Positions 1-12,800 of a stretch of 64,000 bases of DNA are shown here, piece after piece. Under the pieces are notes generated by a model that was not told the DNA's origin, did no database searches, and saw nothing but the letters and a program-made list of their open reading frames with translations. How positions within the stretch are numbered: the stretch's first letter is position 1; every line of letters begins with the position of its first letter. The stretch lies in NCBI GenBank assembly GCA_964057225.1, contig OZ059898.1, positions 12,462,001 through 12,526,000 of the forward strand, written 5' to 3'. Source of the DNA: Auanema rhodensis. Its lineage: Eukaryota; Animalia; Nematoda. Both the position numbers and the translations under genes were made by a program.

Positions 1-276
1 CTTGCTGGATCTAACTGTGAAGCTTCCATCCCTCAAACGTTGTATCTTCTGAGTTTCTAACCTTACTTTGAGCTTTTCAGCTGGAGAGAAACCTGGTGTG
101 CTGACAAGTGTTATAAGAGATGTCTTGATATTCAGATGCACAACTGTAACAACAACTACTACATGTAAAGCTTCAAGTTCTTACTTCAAGTTTCAACTTG
201 ATCTCATTCCAGGTGCTGTATGACTGTCCAAGAATTCAACCACACCATGAAGTGCTGGGATGCCAATGGTTGGTAA
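1..276 (+). CDS. 3' end of a cysteine-rich protein gene (5' part outside window)
   Basis: Exons <1-38, 81-164 and 213-276 join through GT..TTTTCAG and GT..TTCCAG introns into ...LAGSNCEASIPQTWRETWCADKCYKRCLDIQMHNCNNNYYMCCMTVQEFNHTMKCWDANGW*; AATAAA at 318-323. Confidence 0.75.
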
Positions 277-469
277 GAAAGAAGAAACAATGATATTCAT
301 GTTGTAACATCAATTTGAATAAAGATTTTTAAGAAAATAATTAAGAATATAGTTAGTATAGTTAATTCAAAATAAATTTTTATTTTTTCAAATTACATAC
401 AAAAAGTATTTTATTAGAAATTTTAATAATTTCTTTCATACATGGTAAATGAATAAAAAATTGAAAATT

Positions 470-992
470 TCAATATTCTTTTCCAATTCCAAGTTTTGGT
501 TTTGATTGATATAGTTTAAGAATTGCATCAATTTCTTTAGAATTTAATCCTAATTCTCTCTAAAAATAAAAAAATAAATTCAAAATATAAAAATTCAGAA
601 AACCAATTCAGAATCTTCCAGATCAAAGCTTTCATCATCAAATAAATCTTCATAATTCTAAAAATTTATAAATTAAAATGAATTTAAAAAAAAAAAAAAA
701 TAAAATTTAAATAAATATAATTTTATTAATTTATAATATAACTTACACTAAAATCATCTAATAGTTTCTGAGAATTTTTCATTCTTCGTGATTGTATAAG
801 AAAATCCAAAATTATAAAAATTGATATCAATAATACAATTAGACATGCTGTGTAGAATAATATTTAAGAAAATTCAAAAACAATTCGTTTACCGTAAAAG
901 AAAATTTGAAAACTTTTTCGAGGTAATTTCAATAATGTCATCATCAATGCTGATAAATCGTAAAATTGTCGTTTGAATGACCAAATTTTCAT
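470..992 (-). CDS. Small (~114 aa) single-hydrophobic-segment protein of unknown function
   Basis: Exons 992-893, 847-747, 657-604 and 559-470 have consistent phases and GT-AG ends: MKIWSFKRQFYDLSALMMTLLKLPRKSFQIFFYACLIVLLISIFIILDFLIQSRRMKNSQKLLDDFSNYEDLFDDESFDLEDSELRELGLNSKEIDAILKLYQSKPKLGIGKEY*. Confidence 0.6.
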
Positions 993-1450
993 TTCAAATT
1001 CTATAGACAGCTAATTCAATATTTGAAATAATCGTGGATAGATAAATGATTAACAACTGTAAATTTTCATAAATTTTAATAAAATTAAAAATTATTTTAA
1101 ATTTATAAAATAAAATTAAAATAATTAAAAATTGAAATTTTAATAGAAAATGTAATAAATGTTTATTCTTATAATTTATTTCATATAAATTTAAATAATA
1201 TTAAAATATAATTAATTATTTAATTATTTAATTATAATTATTTTAAAATAAAATATTAAAATCATTTATTTATTTTATATTTCTTAAAATATATCTTTTA
1301 TTTAATGCTCATCAAGTTTGATTCAATTTTTCTAAAACTTAAGTCTTTTATTTCATTTTTCATTTTGTTTTTTCTCCAAAATTTTGGAAAATATTCAAAT
1401 AACTAATTGTACTATTTATAATTATTGTAGTTATTAATGAAATATAGTAT

Positions 1451-1542
1451 TTTGAAATAGTTTTATTCAGCTTAATGTTGATGTTAAAAACAGTTTTACT
1501 ATCAATATTTATATTTATTAATTGTTTTGGTTTATTATTATC
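1451..1542 (+). pseudogene. Truncated duplicate of the 5' end of the Srx receptor gene
   Basis: 92 bp matching 2021-2112 with 2 mismatches; includes the TTCAG acceptor and ATG (1475), then diverges and reaches a stop (MLMLKTVLLSIFIFINCFGLLLSSMKF*). Confidence 0.8.
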
Positions 1543-2044
1543 GTCAATGAAGTTCTAACATCATCAAGATATTTAAAAACTCAGATATTCTACCCACTGC
1601 AGCAACCGTTAATAACTTTAAAACATTTTCTAAACAGACTTGAGTGTTTATCCTCCACTAATCAGGTTAAGTCGTCCTTGATTTTTTGTTCTCAATATTA
1701 CTATTTTCCAATTAATTCATGTTGATTGATGCTTTGATACCTAAATTATTAAAAATAATTAAGAATATAGTTAGTATAGCTAACAGTATACAACCGCTCA
1801 ACCGTTGTTGTCAATTCAAAATGATATTCTAATCTCATTGACGTAGGTCACGTAGTGTATTTCATATTTTCAAATTTACAATGATCAGAATTTTTCATTA
1901 TTCTTATAACTAAATACAATTTTCAAAGCTGTAACTTGATATAGTAACATGAATTGTATAATTCCAATCTGTAGAAATGTACCCTATAACTATATACATT
2001 GCTAAAATTATTTTCTTCCTTTTGAAATAGTTTTATTCAGCTTA

Positions 2045-3300
2045 ATGTTGATGTTAAAAACAGTTTTACTATCAATATTTGGATTTATTAATTGTTTTGG
2101 TTTATTATTATCATTAATAGTATTATATTCAGTTACTAAATTATGTTTTAAGTAAGTTTAAATATAATTATTTTCTAAAAAAAAAAGAAAAATTTAAGAA
2201 CTAAATCTTCTCCTATTTATACAATTGCTTTCTCAAATCTTATAGCTGATGCTACCCTTCTTATATTTAGTATTGGATATACAATTCCGGCTTATTTATT
2301 AGATGTAAATATTTTTTTTTTTGTTAAATCTTATAAAAAACTTTTTAGAGTTGGTTATTCCCTGGAGGAAGAAATGATCCATTTGTTCGATTTATTTCTT
2401 TTATGTTTGTTTTTGCTTGGAATAATATGACGTTTTGTCAACTATTTATGGCAATTAACAGGTATAAACTTGATAAACTTGAATAAAACTTTCTATTTGA
2501 AAAAATAAATTTTTAGATTAACCGTTGTGTGTTTTCCTTTTTATAATATTTTTACCTTTAAAGTTGTTCGTATTATAGTTATTTTACAAGTGATTATAGC
2601 GTTAACCATTACTATCCTTGATCAATTTATATTTCCATGTTGTGCGTAAGTTTTAAATTAAAACTTGAGCATTATTAAAATAAGTTTTAAGACTTGTAAT
2701 TGATCCAATAATACATGCATATTCTTATAATACAATTAAAAATATAATAAATTATTCAAATATCTATATTGATATACCACTTGATTCAACAGCTTCAATT
2801 ACGTGTATAGTTTGTTATATAATAGTAAATTATATAAAATATAAATATATATTTAATATATAATTATAATAATTAAGATATTTATATATGTAAAGAAAAC
2901 TTCATCTGGATTAGGACTTAGTCAAGCTGTTAAAAGTCAACGAAAACGAAAAGAATATATGTATGTTTCAACTAAACAACATAGTATAATTTTAAATTTT
3001 CTAATAATTCAGGTATACAATACAATTTGGATTAATTTCAATAGTTTATTCATGTACTTGGATACAATTCCAAATTTGGCCAATTTTAATAAAAGTTGGA
3101 GTTTCAACTTCATGGCTTATGTTAACATCCATATTCGTTTCATTACACAGTAGTACAAATGCAATTATTTTTTTATTAACAAATCGAGAAGTTTATATTC
3201 TTTTATTTTATTTTTTTTTATTTTTTTTATTTTTTAGGTTAAAGAAATATTAAAAAAAGAATTTTGTAGAATACAAACAAATACAATTAATTTTTCATAA
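2045..3300 (+). CDS. Nematode serpentine chemoreceptor (7TM GPCR, Srx-like), ~303 aa
   Basis: Eight exons (2045-2151, 2199-2304, 2349-2461, 2517-2645, 2692-2824, 2878-2960, 3013-3190, 3238-3300) join in frame. Multiple hydrophobic segments and Srx-type motifs SNLIAD, MAINRLTVVCFP, FPCC, RKRKE..TIQF and NAIIFLLTNREV. Confidence 0.85.
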
Positions 3301-4561
3301 AAAATTATAAAAATTCATATTATTTTATATAAATATACATAGAAAATAACATTTAAGCTTTAATTCATTGTAATATTATTTTATTTTTTTTTAAATTGAA
3401 ATTAATAAATAGAAATATATAAATTATAATTATTTTATTTGTTTATATAATTAATTATTATTACTTTTATAATAAATTTTCACCAAATTCTATTATAAAC
3501 GGACAAATATTGTGAAATGAAAGTCATTAAACACTTAATTGATGGATTTATCTTTAAGAGATAAGGATATTTAAAAATTATTTTGAGTGTTAACAGAGAT
3601 AAGGATTTTCTTAATTCTTATTTTTAAGCTAAAGGATGAGCAATCTGTTTGAAGGCTACAAGGTTGTCCAAGAACTGAAAATGAAGATGATGATCATACT
3701 GTAGATATCATAAAGCTTTGACCGGATACAACCGCTTACACGTCTTTTCAAACTTCGAATAAAAATGATTTTCATTGTATCCTACGTGGAAAATCTAGCC
3801 ACTTTGCATATTTTTTTTCGAAATATTGTCAACCATCTGAATCCTGAATCATTGAAATTCTCAGAAATTATTAAAAGAAACAAAAACTATTTACCAACGA
3901 AATCTATGTTGTGAAGGTTGGGTATGAAGAAGCGCATTAATTATATTTCAAGTAGTATGCTGGTTAATCGCCTACTATTGGCCAATCAAAAATCCACCAA
4001 TAGCAGCCTGCATACTACAGTAATACCATAATTGATAATTTATTAACAGAGAGCTAAGTTATATGTTTTTCTAGAACTTTTTTTTTTCTAAAAATAACAT
4101 AATAATATAATAATATAATTAACTTAATATATTCATTTCAGTTTTAAAAATAATTTGAAATTACTAAGGTTCACAGCTTAAACTACATACAAGGTGAGAA
4201 CTATCTAATATGAATCACTCATACATTGTTTGTAAAAGATCTTACACAAGAGATAACATTTCAAGGAAAGTGCTCATATTACCATATTAGAATGTATATC
4301 AACATCGGAACAACTTCTGAAGTGCCTATAAAAGCTTATTATCAGTTGAATTATTGTTTGTGATCTTCTTCTTAAGTTTTAGTTACACTTTTGGTGTTAA
4401 CACTGACAGTACCACTACGTTTGTCACTTCTATATTTTTAAAATAAATTTAATTTTACATATGTATATAAGTAGTTGATTTTGATCATTTTTCTTTTTGC
4501 TTTTCTTCAATACTTGAAAGAATACTTTTTAAGAAAATATTAATTTCAGACGTAAAATATC

Positions 4562-5003
4562 ATGAGCGAAGAAAATAATTCTGTTGAACGTATTACCACT
4601 CGAATGGGTGAAATGAAGGTGCAAAATGAGAAAAAAGTTTGTTTTTTAATGAAATTTCAATAAGTTTTTACCTTTAATTATTAAAATTTTATAGACGGTT
4701 GTGCCAGCAGTTTTGAAAGCTTTTGTTGAGAAGTATACATGTAAACTAAACTGTAAGGGACACCGCCTGAGTCATTATATAAAAGAAGCTCATGTCGAAG
4801 AATACATGAAACCTAGAAAGAGTGATGACATTGTGTTGTGTGCAAAAACTCATCTTTTTAAACGTTTGACGGAAATTTTCGAAGAAGAATTGGAGAAATA
4901 TTTAGAAAAACATGGAGATGAAATTGAAAAACCAAAGGGTTCATATGTTAAGCTAGTAATGATTGACGACCTGGCTGAGAACGCAAGTTCCTCTTCCAAA
5001 TAA
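4562..5003 (+). CDS. 127-aa orphan soluble protein, array copy 1 (most divergent)
   Basis: TTTCAG acceptor just upstream of the ATG (possible trans-splice site). Exon 1 4562-4636 (MSEENNSVERITTRMGEMKVQNEKK), exon 2 4695-5003 (TVVPAVLK...SSSSK*). AATAAA at 5057-5062. Confidence 0.75.
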
Positions 5004-7160
5004 GAATAGTAATTTCTTTGTGATGTTATAACATTGTTGAATTCGATATTTTATTGAATAAACTTGTTTCTGTTATTCTTTTTCCTATTAATACAATAGA
5101 ATATTTAGATGAAGGTCTAAAATTACTTGATGTTGTTACTGTAATTTAAAAATAAAAAAATAAATATTAAAAAATTTATTTATTTTTTATTTGTATTATG
5201 TATAAAAATAAATTATTGTATCAGAAGACATATATGTATGTATTACTATAAATGTTTAGAATAACTGAAAAACAACAAAAAGAAAACAAAAAATAGAAAA
5301 ACTGATCATGGCAAAATGTTATTTTGAAAATTTAAATGAAGAAATAATAAAAAAAAGATTTGAAGCATAACACTTGATCATCATATCAACTGATAAGAAG
5401 ATCTGTTAGTTTTGCTTGGCAATATGCCAAATTAAAGCTTTAGATCAGAAGGTAACCCATTTACAAATAAAGGAAAATGTCGGCAATAGACAGAAATTAA
5501 ATGTTTTTTTGGTTTTTTTTATTATTTTGTTTTGAAAAGAAAGAAGAAGATTATTCATCACGAGCGGTCGGACATGGTGTATTCAATTCTCTATGATCTG
5601 AAAACAAAAAAAATGTTACAATTATCATTTTGATTTAGTTTTAACTATAATTATATAATTAATTACATGCTTATAAATATAAAAATTAGGTTTATACATG
5701 CATTTAGATGAGCAATACATGTTATTTTGAGCTTTAGCTAGGGTTTTAAAGAAATATTAGCAACACGGATTTCAGGCTTATTAACGCTGCATTGAGCTGG
5801 TTTTAGGAACACATATCGAATCACGTTGATAGTGATTCGATGGACACGAACATATACTATTCTGACAGATAGAGGGAGATTGACATTTTACTGTCACAGA
5901 ATCACACCAAGACCCTGTTGGAACTGAAAGCTGTAATATAAGTTCCGTAAGAGCATTAGGTTGTACCTTCGTTATTAGTATATACGCATATACCATTCTC
6001 AATCTCTGTCATAGTAAAGGGACATTCGCATGTTCCAGATGACGAGCATACTCGCGGAGAATCGCAATCCCGATAGGTTGAGCAGGACTTCTTTGCTGAA
6101 ACCAACATGTTCAGTTTATTACAAAATATTTTATGATGTTTGTTTACCGTTTGAACGAAGAATACATTGACCATTCACAGCTTCATAAGCTTTATCACAT
6201 CGACATCTATAGTCAATGCAAGTTGAATGAAGTAAGGATGAGCAATCTGTTTGAAGGCTACAAGGTTGTCCAAGAACTGAAAATGAAGATGATGATCATA
6301 CTGTAGATATCATAAAGCTTTGACCGGATACAACCGCTTACACGTCTTTTCAAACTTCGAATAAAAATGATTTTCATTGTATCCTACGTGGAAAATCTAG
6401 CCACTTTGCATATTTTTTCGAAATATTGTCAACCATCTGAATCCTGAATCATTAAAATTCTCAGAAATTATTAAAAGAAACAAAAACTATTTACCAACGA
6501 AATCTATGTTGTGAAGGTTGTGTATGAAGAAGCGCATTAACTATATTTGAAGTAGTATGCTGGTTAATCGCCTACTATTGGCCAATTAAAAATCCACCAA
6601 TAGCAGCCTGCATACTACAGTAATACCATAATTGATAATTTATTAACAGAGAGCTAAGTTATATGTTTTTCTAGAACTTTTTTTTTCTAAAAATAACATA
6701 ATAATATAATAATATAATTAACTTAATATATTCATTTCAGTTTTAAAAATAATTTGAAATTACTAAGATTCACAGCTTAAACTACATACAAGGTAAGAAC
6801 TATCTAATATGAATCACTCATACGTTGTTTGTAAAAGATCTTACACAAGAGATAACATTTCTAGGAAAGTGCTCATATTACCATATTAGAATGTATATCA
6901 ACATCGGAACAACTTCTGAAATGCCTATATAAGCTTATTATCAGTTGAATTATTGTTTCTGATCTTCTTCTTAAGTTTTAGTTACACTTTTGGTGTTAAC
7001 ACTGACAGTACCACTACGTTTGTCACTTCTATATTTTTAAAATAAATTTAATTTTACATATGTATATAAGTAGTTGATTTTGATCATTTTTCTTTTTACT
7101 TTTCTTTAATACTTGAAAGAATACTTTTTAAGAAAATATTAATTTCAGACGTAAAATATC

Positions 7161-7602
7161 ATGAGCGAAGAAAATAATTCTGTTGAACGTATTACCACTC
7201 GAATGAGTGAAATGAAGGTGCAAAATGAGAAAAAAGTTTGTTTTTTAATGAAATTTCAATAAGTTTTTACCTTTAATTATTAAAATTTTATAGACGGTTG
7301 TGCCAGCAGTTTTGAAAGCTTTTGTTGAGAAGTATACATGTAAACTAAACTGTAAGGGACACCGCCTGAGTCATTATATAAAAGAAGCTCATGTCGAAGA
7401 ATACATGAAACCTAGAAAGAGTGATGACATGATGTTGTGTGCAAAAACTCATCTTTTTAAACGTTTGACGGAAATTTTCGAAGAAGAATTGGAGAAATAT
7501 TTAGAAAAACATGGAGATGAAATTGAAAAACCAAAGGGTTCATATGTTAAGCTAGTAATGATTGACGACCTGACTGAGAACGCAAGTTCCTCTTCCAAAT
7601 AA
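7161..7602 (+). CDS. 127-aa orphan protein, array copy 2
   Basis: Same two-exon structure as copy 1; intact frame. Confidence 0.75.
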
Positions 7603-9759
7603 GAATAGTAATTTCTTTGTGATGTTATAACATTGTTGAATTCGATATTTTATTGAATAAACTTGTTTCTGTTATTCTTTTTCCTATTAATACAATAGAA
7701 TATTTAGATGAAGGTCTAAAATTACTTGATGTTGTTACTGTAATTTAAAAATAAAAAAATAAATATTAAAGAATTTATTTATTTTTTATTTGTATTATGT
7801 ATAAAAATAAATTATTGTATCAGAAGACATATATGTATGTATTACTATAAATGTTTAGAATAACTGAAAAACAACAAAAAGAAAACAAAAAATAGAAAAA
7901 CTGATCATGGCAAAATGTTATTTTGAAAATTTAAATGAAGAAATAATAAAAAAAAGATTTGAAGCATAACACTTGATCATCATATCAACTGATAAGAAGA
8001 TCTGTTAGTTTTGCTTGGCAATATGCCAAATTAAAGCTTTAGATCAGAAGGTAACCCATTTACAAATAAAGGAAAATGTCGGCAATAGACAGAAATTAAA
8101 TGTTTTTTTGGTTTTTTTTATTATTTTGTTTTGAAAAGAAAGAAGAAGATTATTCATCACGAGCGGTCGGACATGGTGTATTCAATTCTCTATGATCTGA
8201 AAACAAAAAAAATGTTACAATTATCATTTTGATTTAGTTTTAACTATAATTATATAATTAATTACATGCTTATAAATATAAAAATTAGGTTTATACATGC
8301 ATTTAGATGAGCAATACATGTTATTTTGAGCTTTAGCTAGGGTTTTAAAGAAATATTAGCAACACGGATTTCAGGCTTATTAACGCTGCATTGAGCTGGT
8401 TTTAGGAACACATATCGAATCACGTTGATAGTGATTCGATGGACACGAACATATACTATTCTGACAGATAGAGGGAGATTGACATTTTACTGTCACAGAA
8501 TCACACCAAGACCCTGTTGGAACTGAAAGCTGTAATATAAGTTCCGTAAGAGCATTAGGTTGTACCTTCGTTATTAGTATATACGCATATACCATTCTCA
8601 ATCTCTGTCATAGTAAAGGGACATTCGCATGTTCCAGATGACGAGCATACTCGCGGAGAATCGCAATCCCGATAGGTTGAGCAGGACTTCTTTGCTGAAA
8701 CCAACATGTTCAGTTTATTACAAAATATTTTATGATGTTTGTTTACCGTTTGAACGAAGAATACATTGACCATTCACAGCTTCATAAGCTTTATCACATC
8801 GACATCTATAGTCAATGCAAGTTGAATGAAGTAAGGATGAGCAATCTGTTTGAAGGCTACAAGGTTGTCCAAGAACTGAAAATGAAGATGATGATCATAC
8901 TGTAGATATCATAAAGCTTTGACCGGATACAACCGCTTACACGTCTTTTCAAACTTCGAATAAAAATGATTTTCATTGTATCCTACGTGGAAAATCTAGC
9001 CACTTTGCATATTTTTTCGAAATATTGTCAACCATCTGAATCCTGAATCATTAAAATTCTCAGAAATTATTAAAAGAAACAAAAACTATTTACCAACGAA
9101 ATCTATGTTGTGAAGGTTGGGTATGAAGAAGCGCATTAACTATATTTGAAGTAGTATGCTGGTTAATCGCCTACTATTGGCCAATTAAAAATCCACCAAT
9201 AGCAGCCTGCATACTACAGTAATACCATAATTGATAATTTATTAACAGAGAGCTAAGTTATATGTTTTTCTAGAACTTTTTTTTTCTAAAAATAACATAA
9301 TAATATAATAATATAATTAACTTAATATATTCATTTCAGTTTTAAAAATAATTTGAAATTACTAAGATTCACAGCTTAAACTACATACAAGGTAAGAACT
9401 ATCTAATATGAATCACTCATACGTTGTTTGTAAAAGATCTTACACAAGAGATAACATTTCTAGGAAAGTGCTCATATTACCATATTAGAATGTATATCAA
9501 CATCGGAACAACTTCTGAAATGCCTATATAAGCTTATTATCAGTTGAATTAATGTTTGTGATCTTCTTCTTAAGTTTTAGTTACACTTTTGGTGTTAACA
9601 CTGACAGTACCACTACGTTTGTCACTTCTATATTTTTAAAATAAATTTAATTTTACATATGTATATAAGTAGTTGATTTTGATCATTTTTCTTTTTACTT
9701 TTCTTTAATACTTGAAAGAATACTTTTTAAGAAAATATTAATTTCAGACGTAAAATATC

Positions 9760-10201
9760 ATGAGCGAAGAAAATAATTCTGTTGAACGTATTACCACTCG
9801 AATGAGTGAAATGAAGGTGCAAAATGAGAAAAAAGTTTGTTTTTTAATGAAATTTCAATAAGTTTTTACCTTTAATTATTAAAATTTTATAGACGGTTGT
9901 GCCAGCAGTTTTGAAAGCTTTTGTTGAGAAGTATACATGTAAACTAAACTGTAAGGGACACCGCCTGAGTCATTATATAAAAGAAGCTCATGTCGAAGAA
10001 TACATGAAACCTAGAAAGAGTGATGACATGATGTTGTGTGCAAAAACTCATCTTTTTAAACGTTTGACGGAAATTTTCGAAGAAGAATTGGAGAAATATT
10101 TAGAAAAACATGGAGATGAAATTGAAAAACCAAAGGGTTCATATGTTAAGCTAGTAATGATTGACGACCTGACTGAGAACGCAAGTTCCTCTTCCAAATA
10201 A
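9760..10201 (+). CDS. 127-aa orphan protein, array copy 3
   Basis: Same two-exon structure; intact frame. Confidence 0.75.
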
Positions 10202-12358
10202 GAATAGTAATTTCTTTGTGATGTTATAACATTGTTGAATTCGATATTTTATTGAATAAACTTGTTTCTGTTATTCTTTTTCCTATTAATACAATAGAAT
10301 ATTTAGATGAAGGTCTAAAATTACTTGATGTTGTTACTGTAATTTAAAAATAAAAAAATAAATATTAAAGAATTTATTTATTTTTTATTTGTATTATGTA
10401 TAAAAATAAATTATTGTATCAGAAGACATATATGTATGTATTACTATAAATGTTTAGAATAACTGAAAAACAACAAAAAGAAAACAAAAAATAGAAAAAC
10501 TGATCATGGCAAAATGTTATTTTGAAAATTTAAATGAAGAAATAATAAAAAAAAGATTTGAAGCATAACACTTGATCATCATATCAACTGATAAGAAGAT
10601 CTGTTAGTTTTGCTTGGCAATATGCCAAATTAAAGCTTTAGATCAGAAGGTAACCCATTTACAAATAAAGGAAAATGTCGGCAATAGACAGAAATTAAAT
10701 GTTTTTTTGGTTTTTTTTATTATTTTGTTTTGAAAAGAAAGAAGAAGATTATTCATCACGAGCGGTCGGACATGGTGTATTCAATTCTCTATGATCTGAA
10801 AACAAAAAAAATGTTACAATTATCATTTTGATTTAGTTTTAACTATAATTATATAATTAATTACATGCTTATAAATATAAAAATTAGGTTTATACATGCA
10901 TTTAGATGAGCAATACATGTTATTTTGAGCTTTAGCTAGGGTTTTAAAGAAATATTAGCAACACGGATTTCAGGCTTATTAACGCTGCATTGAGCTGGTT
11001 TTAGGAACACATATCGAATCACGTTGATAGTGATTCGATGGACACGAACATATACTATTCTGACAGATAGAGGGAGATTGACATTTTACTGTCACAGAAT
11101 CACACCAAGACCCTGTTGGAACTGAAAGCTGTAATATAAGTTCCGTAAGAGCATTAGGTTGTACCTTCGTTATTAGTATATACGCATATACCATTCTCAA
11201 TCTCTGTCATAGTAAAGGGACATTCGCATGTTCCAGATGACGAGCATACTCGCGGAGAATCGCAATCCCGATAGGTTGAGCAGGACTTCTTTGCTGAAAC
11301 CAACATGTTCAGTTTATTACAAAATATTTTATGATGTTTGTTTACCGTTTGAACGAAGAATACATTGACCATTCACAGCTTCATAAGCTTTATCACATCG
11401 ACATCTATAGTCAATGCAAGTTGAATGAAGTAAGGATGAGCAATCTGTTTGAAGGCTACAAGGTTGTCCAAGAACTGAAAATGAAGATGATGATCATACT
11501 GTAGATATCATAAAGCTTTGACCGGATACAACCGCTTACACGTCTTTTCAAACTTCGAATAAAAATGATTTTCATTGTATCCTACGTGGAAAATCTAGCC
11601 ACTTTGCATATTTTTTCGAAATATTGTCAACCATCTGAATCCTGAATCATTAAAATTCTCAGAAATTATTAAAAGAAACAAAAACTATTTACCAACGAAA
11701 TCTATGTTGTGAAGGTTGGGTATGAAGAAGCGCATTAACTATATTTGAAGTAGTATGCTGGTTAATCGCCTACTATTGGCCAATTAAAAATCCACCAATA
11801 GCAGCCTGCATACTACAGTAATACCATAATTGATAATTTATTAACAGAGAGCTAAGTTATATGTTTTTCTAGAACTTTTTTTTTCTAAAAATAACATAAT
11901 AATATAATAATATAATTAACTTAATATATTCATTTCAGTTTTAAAAATAATTTGAAATTACTAAGATTCACAGCTTAAACTACATACAAGGTAAGAACTA
12001 TCTAATATGAATCACTCATACGTTGTTTGTAAAAGATCTTACACAAGAGATAACATTTCTAGGAAAGTGCTCATATTACCATATTAGAATGTATATCAAC
12101 ATCGGAACAACTTCTGAAATGCCTATATAAGCTTATTATCAGTTGAATTAATGTTTGTGATCTTCTTCTTAAGTTTTAGTTACACTTTTGGTGTTAACAC
12201 TGACAGTACCACTACGTTTGTCACTTCTATATTTTTAAAATAAATTTAATTTTACATATGTATATAAGTAGTTGATTTTGATCATTTTTCTTTTTACTTT
12301 TCTTTAATACTTGAAAGAATACTTTTTAAGAAAATATTAATTTCAGACGTAAAATATC

Positions 12359-12800
12359 ATGAGCGAAGAAAATAATTCTGTTGAACGTATTACCACTCGA
12401 ATGAGTGAAATGAAGGTGCAAAATGAGAAAAAAGTTTGTTTTTTAATGAAATTTCAATAAGTTTTTACCTTTAATTATTAAAATTTTATAGACGGTTGTG
12501 CCAGCAGTTTTGAAAGCTTTTGTTGAGAAGTATACATGTAAACTAAACTGTAAGGGACACCGCCTGAGTCATTATATAAAAGAAGCTCATGTCGAAGAAT
12601 ACATGAAACCTAGAAAGAGTGATGACATGATGTTGTGTGCAAAAACTCATCTTTTTAAACGTTTGACGGAAATTTTCGAAGAAGAATTGGAGAAATATTT
12701 AGAAAAACATGGAGATGAAATTGAAAAACCAAAGGGTTCATATGTTAAGCTAGTAATGATTGACGACCTGACTGAGAACGCAAGTTCCTCTTCCAAATAA
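12359..12800 (+). CDS. 127-aa orphan protein, array copy 4
   Basis: Same two-exon structure; intact frame. Confidence 0.75.

Noticed and set aside
1543-2020. Coding exon between the 92-bp duplicates (ORF 1522-1725)
   Set aside because: No consistent spliced frame; stops in the frames tested.
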